Shown in pieces: positions 1 to 6,933 of a stretch of 64,000 nt of DNA. The position numbers and the translations under genes were made by a program. The notes beneath the pieces are model-generated. The model saw nothing but the letters and a program-made list of their open reading frames with translations. It was not told where the DNA came from and ran no database searches. The stretch's first letter is position 1. Each line of letters starts with the position of its first letter. The stretch is from contig CAZDFU010000001.1 of NCBI GenBank assembly GCA_964504985.1, positions 21,752 to 85,751 on the forward strand, written 5' to 3'. The stretch comes from an uncultured Gammaproteobacteria bacterium. GTDB taxonomy: Bacteria > Patescibacteriota > Microgenomatia > Daviesbacterales > UBA10151.

Positions 1-572
1 ATTACAGCTTCTTTGCCTATTTTTTTCAGTTTATCCAAAATTCTAATTGCCTCAATAGGTATTCCCTCAAAAACTTTTCTGTCATTTATTAAAACTTTAA
101 AGTCCTTAAAACCTAAGGATTCTAAAGATTTAACAACACAATTAATAATTTCTGCATCAGCCAAAGGGGTATTAAGGCCAACAGTATCAATATCACACTG
201 CAAAAACTCTCTAAATCTCCCTTTTTGGGTGTTCTCAGCCCTCCAAACAGGCTGTATCTGGTATCTTTTAAAAGGGGTGGGGAGCTGGTTTAAATGTTGA
301 GCTGCAACACGCGCTAAAGGTACAGTCTGGTCATACCTTAAAGCAACCCTTCTTTTCCCGTTATCTTCAAACCTATACATTAATTTATCACCTTCTTCAC
401 CATATTTACCCAGAAGTATTTCTTCATACTCCAAAGCAGGAGTTTCCAGGGGTTCAAAACCAAATGATTCAAACACCTTTTTCAAGGCATTTATGACATA
501 TTGTCTTTTCATTGCTTCAGAAGGCAAAAAATCCCTAAATCCTTTTAATGTTTGTATTTTTGATTTATCCAT
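1..572 (-). CDS. hisS: Histidine--tRNA ligase (N-terminal part; runs off the window edge)
   Basis: Manual minus-strand translation MDKSKIQTLKGFRDFLP...ETPALEY...ALRYDQTVPLAR...KRYQIQPVWRAENTQKGRFREFLQCDID, i.e. HisRS class II motifs. Not in the ORF track because it is truncated. Confidence 0.93.
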   Translation of the reverse strand, partial: MDKSKIQTLKGFRDFLPSEAMKRQYVINALKKVFESFGFEPLETPALEYEEILLGKYGEEGDKLMYRFEDNGKRRVALRYDQTVPLARVAAQHLNQLPTPFKRYQIQPVWRAENTQKGRFREFLQCDIDTVGLNTPLADAEIINCVVKSLESLGFKDFKVLINDRKVFEGIPIEAIRILDKLKKIGKEAV

Positions 573-577
573 ATATT

Positions 578-913
578 TTAGTCAAAACAACTCCATTTTC
601 CTGGTATGTGACATGTTTCACCAACAGGATTAGCTTCGATTAGTAGTGTATCATTATCACAGTCTAGCTGCATAGATAGAACCCTTAAGAAATTTCCTGA
701 GGTTTCTCCCTTTGTCCAAAGCTTTCTTCTTGTTCTTGACCAAAAGGTAACTTTACCAATTTCTAAAGTTTTAGCAAACGCTTCTTCATTCATAAAACCA
801 AGCATAAGCACTTTTCCTGTTATTGTTTCCTGAACAATTGCAGGAAGTAGATTTATCCCAGTTTCAGGATCTGCTATTTTTAAAAAATCTGGTTTTAGTT
901 CACTTTCTCTCAT
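578..913 (-). CDS. hisI: Phosphoribosyl-AMP cyclohydrolase
   Basis: [43 protein letters not shown]...SCF motifs; ATG at 913 preceded by AAGGAAGGGGGTGA. Confidence 0.95.
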   Translation of the reverse strand: MRESELKPDFLKIADPETGINLLPAIVQETITGKVLMLGFMNEEAFAKTLEIGKVTFWSRTRRKLWTKGETSGNFLRVLSMQLDCDNDTLLIEANPVGETCHIPGKWSCFD

Positions 914-938
914 ATTAATCACCCCCTTCCTTTAAACC

Positions 939-1916
939 TTAACTAATTGCAAACGGTGGAATTGGTAATCTCCAGCTCTCTCCATAAATTATTTTCATCA
1001 TTCTGGTTGTTTCAGGATCATCAAGATCTGGGATTAGACGTTCAATTGGATTTATAAAAATAGCACGGGCTCCTAGAAGTAACAATCTTTCAATAGTTTC
1101 ATTTTCAGAAGCTTTAGGGATAAGCGTTTCTGCAGCTGACCAGCCTTCTTTTTCCAAAGGCATTTTAGTAGGTGATTCCCGGGTGGGTATATCATTCATA
1201 ATTTCCCGTTCCTGATTTTCGGGGAAATCAAATTTAAGAACTCTATATTGAGTATTCCAAACACCTGTCATAACAGCTCTTAATGTTCTCCATACTATTG
1301 CTTGTGAACCTCTTATATTAGGTAAATCAGGATTAGCAATTAAAACAGCTTGTGAACTTAAAACATCAGCAACTGGTCTAATATTATTAACAATCATGGA
1401 CATACCTGTATCAGATGCTTCTATACAAGCTTGAGCCCAGCCTCTCTTTACTGCTGTTTCTGCGCCCCCATCATATTTTCTAATATTTACATCTATCCCA
1501 AAGCTTCCGAAAAACCTCCTTGTTCCAATTGGGTAACTTGTAGCTATTGTTAACCCTGCTAAACTTTCAGGTTGTAAGTAAGGAATATCATTGCGGACTC
1601 CAAGTTTTAAACTACAGAAACTAAAACCAAGTTCTTTTAGAACAAGGGGAGGAGTTCCATATGAATATTCACCGTATTTATCTAATCCCACTACTCCTAA
1701 ATCAGCTTCCCCCTCAGCAACTGCGCGGGTAATATCCCCATTTCTCATTAAAATGATGTCTAAGCCTTCTATATTAGTTGGACCATCATCCACTCTGTTT
1801 GGTAATTTCCATTTCAAGCTTCCTGCTTGTAATAAAGCAGCAGTTTCATCCCCCAGGTTGGTTTTACCCGTTGGTTTTTGTATTGCTATTGCTAATTTTT
1901 TTTCTAAATTGCTCAT
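939..1916 (-). CDS. hisG: ATP phosphoribosyltransferase (long form with C-terminal regulatory domain)
   Basis: RNGDITRAVAEGEADLGVVGLD, LGFSFCSL, IATSYP, GGAETA, ESPTKMPL motifs; ATG at 1916 directly follows the leader terminator. Confidence 0.9.
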   Translation of the reverse strand: MSNLEKKLAIAIQKPTGKTNLGDETAALLQAGSLKWKLPNRVDDGPTNIEGLDIILMRNGDITRAVAEGEADLGVVGLDKYGEYSYGTPPLVLKELGFSFCSLKLGVRNDIPYLQPESLAGLTIATSYPIGTRRFFGSFGIDVNIRKYDGGAETAVKRGWAQACIEASDTGMSMIVNNIRPVADVLSSQAVLIANPDLPNIRGSQAIVWRTLRAVMTGVWNTQYRVLKFDFPENQEREIMNDIPTRESPTKMPLEKEGWSAAETLIPKASENETIERLLLLGARAIFINPIERLIPDLDDPETTRMMKIIYGESWRLPIPPFAIS

Positions 1917-1974
1917 AAAAAAACTCCCGTTCATTATTCACCACCCAAATAGGGTAATGAACAAGGAACGAGAG
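1917..1974 (-). terminator. Intrinsic terminator of the T-box leader
   Basis: CTCTCGTTC-CTTGTTCATTACCC / GGGTGGTGAATAAT-GAACGGGAG stem followed by T7; mutually exclusive with the antiterminator. Confidence 0.85.
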
Positions 1975-2156
1975 GTTAATCCATTAAAAAAGGACCTCCC
2001 GCGGTCCCATCCTGTTTCCCTGTACCATTACTGGTACGGGGCTCTTAGTGGCGACTCTACGGTTATCGTGACATCGTCTGTTGTATTTTACAGTTCAACT
2101 TCTGGAATACATTTTTGTATTCAGCTGGTGGATCGTGACTCCACTCATAACGCTTT
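1917..2156 (-). promoter_or_regulatory. T-box riboswitch leader, predicted His specificity (CAC)
   Basis: Minus strand AGGA-TGGGACC-GCGGGAGG (2013-1995) pairs with CCTCTCGTTCCT to form the antiterminator with the UGGN bulge. A stem III hairpin CCCGTACCA/TGGTACAGGG precedes it. CAC codons occur in GTCACGAT at 2068-2070 and 2135-2137. The leader sits upstream of his genes. Confidence 0.85.
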
Positions 2157-2178
2157 TTAGATATTTAATTGTAAAAGC

Positions 2179-2206
2179 AGTATATCATATAAAAAGAATT
2201 TGTCAA
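2179..2206 (-). promoter_or_regulatory. Sigma70-type promoter of the his leader
   Basis: TTGACA-16 nt-TATACT with TG extension on the minus strand. Confidence 0.75.
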
Positions 2207-2230
2207 ATATACTATCGGCTACCTTAGGTG

Positions 2231-2749
2231 TTAACGTAATCCACCCCCCAGGTGAATGAATCTTCGGATTTTAACTCTGATTCTGGTTATCTTTTCCCAG
2301 CTTACAATCCTAAGGTCTGTGGCAACTCTGGTGAAGATATCTTTTATGGGGTCAACCCAGTAAATTTCTCCGTCCAGGGATTTGAAATTTTCAGGATGAA
2401 GTTCGCATTTGTCAGCCAAAAATTGAGAGCGGGCACAAAGTGTCTCCAAAGGATTAGCAATGCTTTGATCGTCCTTTATAAGATCTTGAATAATCACATA
2501 TGATTTACCCATGCCTTTCACTTTTGAATTTGGTAAATGAACCTTTTCCAAGTTTGAGGTTAGCTCTTGGGCAAATCTTAAATCACTTCTGATAACATTT
2601 GCAGGGGCTTGCCTGGTAAATGTTCCATAAGTAAGCAGCAATAAATGATGCCAAAACCTGGGTACTTTTAAAAGTTTGTCAGGATGGTTAGATGATGCCT
2701 TCCAAACAATATGCTCATGCCCCTTATCAAAAAATACTCTTTCTCCCAT
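2231..2749 (-). CDS. Hypothetical protein, small protein-kinase-like fold
   Basis: GHEHIVW (G-loop-like), KLLKVP, YVIIQDLI, ELHPENF (catalytic-loop-like) and IYWVDP occur in kinase order; the C-terminus HLGGG comes from a palindromic repeat. Confidence 0.5.
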   Translation of the reverse strand: MGERVFFDKGHEHIVWKASSNHPDKLLKVPRFWHHLLLLTYGTFTRQAPANVIRSDLRFAQELTSNLEKVHLPNSKVKGMGKSYVIIQDLIKDDQSIANPLETLCARSQFLADKCELHPENFKSLDGEIYWVDPIKDIFTRVATDLRIVSWEKITRIRVKIRRFIHLGGGLR

Positions 2750-2814
2750 ACTTAAGTATGGAATTTTAGCAAATATTGACAGTTTTGTGGAAAGTTTAGT
2801 AAGGTAGTAGCGGT

Positions 2815-3522
2815 ATGGTTAAATCAGCAATAATTTTGGCAGGAGGTAAGGGTGAAAGGCTAAGGCCTTATACTAATGACCGTCCTAAGGTAATGGTGGA
2901 GCTGGATGGTAAGCCCATTCTAGCTTGGCAGATAGAATGGTTAAAATCCCATGGCATCAAAAAATTTGTTTTAACAGTTAGTTATAAATATGAGGTAGTA
3001 CAAAAGTATTTTGGAGACGGGTCTAAATTTGGAATAGAGGTAGATTATTCAATTGAAGACACCCCCTTAGGCAGGGGAGGAGGCATTAAAAAAGCCTTCA
3101 AAAGCTCTTTAATTGCTGATGAGCAAGATGTGGTGGTTTGTAACGGGGATATTATTACCAAACTCAATTTGGATGAGATGATAAGCGGGCATTTAAAGGA
3201 GCAATCCTTAATAACCCTTTTACTGGTGCCCTATCTATCCAGATGGGGGGTGGTTAAGATAGATGAACAAAATCATGTGATAGGGTTTGAGGAAAAACCA
3301 AAATTGCCTTATTGGATCAATGGGGGGATCTATATTTTTAATAAAAAAGTTGAGCCTTTTTTACCAGAGATTGGAGATCATGAAAAAGAAACTTTCCCCA
3401 AAATCACCAGGGAAAAATTTTTAGGATTTAAAGATGAAGGGTTCTGGAGGGCTGTAGATGTGGTAAAGGATAAGTCAGAAGCAGAAGAGTTTTTAAGCAA
3501 TGGCAAGGAAGATTTCAGCTGA
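2815..3522 (+). CDS. Sugar-phosphate nucleotidyltransferase family protein
   Basis: AIILAGGKGERLRPYTNDRPKVM, PLGRGG, NGDI, EEKP, INGGIY motifs. Confidence 0.9.
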   Translation: MVKSAIILAGGKGERLRPYTNDRPKVMVELDGKPILAWQIEWLKSHGIKKFVLTVSYKYEVVQKYFGDGSKFGIEVDYSIEDTPLGRGGGIKKAFKSSLIADEQDVVVCNGDIITKLNLDEMISGHLKEQSLITLLLVPYLSRWGVVKIDEQNHVIGFEEKPKLPYWINGGIYIFNKKVEPFLPEIGDHEKETFPKITREKFLGFKDEGFWRAVDVVKDKSEAEEFLSNGKEDFS

Positions 3523-4239
3523 TTATTTCTTCTTGGGAGAGTTAATTTTGGCTGAAGGTGTAGCTAACTTGGCAGATGGTGCGGCAGTCTTTTTAGTTTT
3601 TAGAAATCCTCCTTGCGGAATAATGTAGGTATATTCTGCTTCAAAAATATCATTTTTGCCTAAACTGCCTGTTAAAATAACAAAATTACCAATTTTTAGC
3701 TTAGGTGAATCAGAAACTGAGAAAGCAATACTTTTTAAGTTTTTGTCTTTTAAAGTAAGCAGTTCATCAGAGATTGAAATGATTTGACCCCAAAGAAAAG
3801 TTTTTTTCACACCTTTAGGTTTAGTAAGTAATATAATCTTTTTGGCAGTTAATACTCCTTGCTCGTCTATATCTCCTAAAGCAACCAAATAATCTTCCTC
3901 AGAAATACTTTTTTGGGAAAATTTTGTTTTTGATTTAATATTACTCTCAAATACAGTGTCCTGATTTAAGTTGACTATTTTTGGGCCTGTTTTGGTAGTT
4001 AGGGTTAGAGAGGAGTCCAGTTTTGTTTTAACCTCTCCAGCATAGGCCCTGTTTTTTAATTTATTATTGACTTCTTGTTTTAACTTAGCAGCTTTTGAAG
4101 CAATTTGTTTTTTTAGCTCTTCCAGTTTGACTTTGATATCAGCAGAAGGGCTGCCTTCAAGAGCTTGTGCTTTTGGGGTTGAGAAAAAGAGGATAAGAAT
4201 TAATATTATAATTTTCAATTTTCCATTATCCATTTTCAA
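3523..4239 (-). CDS. Hypothetical exported protein (signal peptide, coiled coil, two small beta-barrel repeats)
   Basis: Hydrophobic N-terminus with AQA cleavage-like site; repeated G-x-I/V...LTL...G...A pattern. Confidence 0.6.
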   Translation of the reverse strand: MKMDNGKLKIIILILILFFSTPKAQALEGSPSADIKVKLEELKKQIASKAAKLKQEVNNKLKNRAYAGEVKTKLDSSLTLTTKTGPKIVNLNQDTVFESNIKSKTKFSQKSISEEDYLVALGDIDEQGVLTAKKIILLTKPKGVKKTFLWGQIISISDELLTLKDKNLKSIAFSVSDSPKLKIGNFVILTGSLGKNDIFEAEYTYIIPQGGFLKTKKTAAPSAKLATPSAKINSPKKK

Positions 4240-4244
4240 TTTCC

Positions 4245-4679
4245 TCAGATTGTTTCCTTTGAATAGTAAACTGTCCTTTCGATACTTCTTGTATCTCCAT
4301 CAGTACCAAAAACAGCAGTTGTTATTGTATTTACTCCTTCTTTTAAATTTAAAACTGTTGAAAATGAGCCATCCTGCTTTGACTTAATAACTAAATCCTG
4401 TGAATCTGAAAAAATCAAAACGTCTTTTACAGATGAGGTTTGTCCGGATATTACGATGGAGCTTTGGGAAGTTAAACTGTCATCTGCAGGTTGGTCTAAA
4501 TCCAATCTTAAAGTTTTTGGAGCACTGGTAACAGGCCCTCTTAGAAAGGGTTTTAAAGGTTGTTGATATTGGATATTTAAAATATAGTAAAGTCCTGATA
4601 AGAAAACTAAACCAAAGATAAGAATAAGGAAATGAAAGAAAATAAAATATTTAGTGGAAATTTTCTGGGTCAGCTTCAC
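4245..4679 (-). CDS. Hypothetical membrane-anchored Ig-like domain protein
   Basis: N-terminal TM helix, then ISGQT...DGSFS...LKEGVNTIT bacterial Ig-like pattern; GTG start. Confidence 0.6.
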   Translation of the reverse strand: MKLTQKISTKYFIFFHFLILIFGLVFLSGLYYILNIQYQQPLKPFLRGPVTSAPKTLRLDLDQPADDSLTSQSSIVISGQTSSVKDVLIFSDSQDLVIKSKQDGSFSTVLNLKEGVNTITTAVFGTDGDTRSIERTVYYSKETI

Positions 4680-4752
4680 AAAAACATTTTAGCACACTTT
4701 TCTTCTTTTGAGGGATTGTTTGAGCAGTAACTTTTTGCTACTATCGTTTCCT

Positions 4753-5409
4753 ATGGATATTTATTGGTTGGGGCAAGCATGTTTTAAGCTAAAAGGAAAA
4801 AAAGCTTCTGTAATTATAGATCCATACAAAAGTGAATTTACAGGATTAAAACTTCCCAAAGACCTGTCTTGTGATGTAGGTTTATCCACTCATGACCATG
4901 ATGATCACAATAACACTGCTATATTAATTTCTCCCTCAGGCGGAAAGCCTATGGTATTTAAAGATCCTGGTGAATATGAGGTAGCAGGAGTGGTAATAGC
5001 GGGTATAAATTCATCCCATGATGATAAAGGCGGTGCGGAAAGAGGAAAAAATACCATTTACCATCTGATGTTTGATGGCTTAAATATTGTTCATTTGGGG
5101 GATTTGGGCCAGCCGGAATTAACAGAAGATCAACTTGCTCAAATTGGAGAAGTTGATATTTTACTAATTCCTGTAGGGTCAGTTTATACTATTGATGGTA
5201 AAAGAGCCTCTTCGATTGTTTCGCAAATTGAGCCTAAAATTATTATACCAATGCATTATAAAACAGAGGAGCTTAAGTTTGAACTGGAAGGGGTTGAAGG
5301 TTTTTTGAAAGAGATGGGGGTTGAGAATATTACCCCTCAGCCAAAATTGTCCATTACCAAAGACAAGCTGCCCGAAGAACCGATGGTAGTTTTGCTTAGC
5401 AAAACTTAA
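4753..5409 (+). CDS. Metallo-beta-lactamase fold hydrolase
   Basis: WLGQACF, THDHDDH, HLGDLG, IPMHY motifs; start moved to ATG 4753. Confidence 0.9.
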   Translation: MDIYWLGQACFKLKGKKASVIIDPYKSEFTGLKLPKDLSCDVGLSTHDHDDHNNTAILISPSGGKPMVFKDPGEYEVAGVVIAGINSSHDDKGGAERGKNTIYHLMFDGLNIVHLGDLGQPELTEDQLAQIGEVDILLIPVGSVYTIDGKRASSIVSQIEPKIIIPMHYKTEELKFELEGVEGFLKEMGVENITPQPKLSITKDKLPEEPMVVLLSKT

Positions 5410-5414
5410 ATTTT

Positions 5415-6782
5415 ATGCCTCAGGTAACTAAACTTCCGCCTCAGAATATAGAAGCAGAACAATCTTTATTGGGGAGCTTGCTTATTGATAAAGATTCAAT
5501 TGTACGGATTTCAGAAATAATACACCCTTCTCATTTCTACAGAATAGACCAACATGGACCAATTTTTGAAGCAGTCCAATCTTTGTTTGAGAAAAGAGAG
5601 CCTGTTGATCTGGTGACAGTTACAGAGGAGCTAAAAAGAAAAGGCCATTATGATAAGATTGGCGGGTCAGCTTATCTTACAACCCTTGTTAATACTGTTC
5701 CAACCTCAGCCCATATTGAACATTACGCTAGGATTATAAAAGCCCATGCAGTCAGAAGGAACTTGATTGTCCAGGCCACTAAATTAATTGAAAGGGCATA
5801 TAACGAATCTGAGGATGTTGATCAGCTTTTGGAGGCTGCTGAAGCAGGTATTTTTGCGATATCCCAGGAACATGTCAGCCGTGACTTTTTGCCTATCAGA
5901 GAGGCTTTAACTCAATCTTTTGACCGCTTGGATGAATTGCAAAAATCTTCTGGAAAACTCCGCGGGGTTCCAACAGGCTTTAGGGATTTGGATAGTAAAC
6001 TGGCAGGCATGCAAAATTCAAATCTGATAATTTTGGCTTCAAGGCCCGGTCAGGGAAAAACTTCCATGGCTTTAAATATTGCCCAATATGTGGCAGTTGT
6101 GGCTGGGCTGCCTGTTGGAATTTTTTCTTTGGAAATGAGCCAGGAAGAACTGGTTGATAGATTATTGATAGCCCAGGCTGATATTGATGCCTGGAAACTT
6201 AAAACAGGCAGATTAGATGAGAGGGATTTCGATAAACTTTCTTTGGCAATGGGTGAATTGGCTGAGGCACCTGTTTTTATTGATGATACCCCAGGGATTA
6301 CCATTTCTGAGATGAGGACAAAGGCCAGAAGGCTGCAGATTGAACATGGATTAAGATTCTTGATTGTGGATTATCTGCAGCTTGTTAAGGGAAGAAATTT
6401 GGAAAACAGGGTGCAGGAAGTTTCTGAAATTTCCCAAAACCTTAAAAATTTGGCCAGGGAGTTGAAGATTCCAGTTTTAGCGATAAGTCAATTATCAAGA
6501 GCTGTTGAACAAAGAGGTACCAGAAAGCCTCAGCTGGCAGACCTTAGGGAGTCTGGAGCTATAGAGCAGGATGCAGACGTGGTGATGTTTATTTATAGGG
6601 AAGATCCAGAAAGGATGGAGTTGGTTACCCTGGATATTCAAAAACATAGGAATGGGCCTGTTGGAGAGGTTTCATTAATGTTTAGGGCTGATAGGACTAA
6701 GTTTTATGGTTTGGAAAAGGCCAGGAGTATAACTAAGCCTGCCTCAGAGAAAGAATCTAAAGAAACTCCAGTTGCTGCTTAA
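5415..6782 (+). CDS. dnaB: Replicative DNA helicase
   Basis: PPQNIEAEQ, ASRPGQGKT, FSLEMS, VDYLQL, SQLSR, LRESGAIEQDAD motifs; no intein. Confidence 0.98.
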   Translation: MPQVTKLPPQNIEAEQSLLGSLLIDKDSIVRISEIIHPSHFYRIDQHGPIFEAVQSLFEKREPVDLVTVTEELKRKGHYDKIGGSAYLTTLVNTVPTSAHIEHYARIIKAHAVRRNLIVQATKLIERAYNESEDVDQLLEAAEAGIFAISQEHVSRDFLPIREALTQSFDRLDELQKSSGKLRGVPTGFRDLDSKLAGMQNSNLIILASRPGQGKTSMALNIAQYVAVVAGLPVGIFSLEMSQEELVDRLLIAQADIDAWKLKTGRLDERDFDKLSLAMGELAEAPVFIDDTPGITISEMRTKARRLQIEHGLRFLIVDYLQLVKGRNLENRVQEVSEISQNLKNLARELKIPVLAISQLSRAVEQRGTRKPQLADLRESGAIEQDADVVMFIYREDPERMELVTLDIQKHRNGPVGEVSLMFRADRTKFYGLEKARSITKPASEKESKETPVAA

Positions 6783-6805
6783 TTATTTAATACAGGAACA
6801 GTTTG

Positions 6806-6889
6806 TGCCGGAGGAGGGAGTCGAACCCACATGAGCTTTTGGCTCAAAGGTTTTTGAGACCTTCGCGTCTGCCATTCCGCCACTCCGGC
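6806..6889 (-). tRNA. tRNA-Leu(CAA)
   Basis: GCCGGAGTGGCGGAATGGCAGACGCG-AAGGT-CTCAAAA-ACCTT, long variable arm, GTGGGTTCGACTCCCTC-CTCCGGC-A; CCA not encoded. Confidence 0.96.
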
Positions 6890-6933
6890 TCAGAATTGAA
6901 TTATACCAATATTTAAGCTAAACTCACAGCTAT

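Noticed and set aside
1-572. HisZ (HisG regulatory subunit) instead of HisS
   Set aside because: Motif 2 (WRAENTQKGRFREF) is synthetase-like and the adjacent HisG is the long form, which does not need HisZ. The C-terminus lies outside the window, so HisZ is not fully excluded.
13-2503. Plus-strand ORFs 13-300, 1591-2160 and 2252-2503, and the many other short ORFs nested in or antisense to long genes
   Set aside because: They shadow well-supported genes or the T-box leader and show no recognisable motifs or start signals.
6783-6933. tRNA-Leu as an integration site for an island
   Set aside because: No duplicated tRNA 3' end and no adjacent integrase; both flanks are housekeeping genes.
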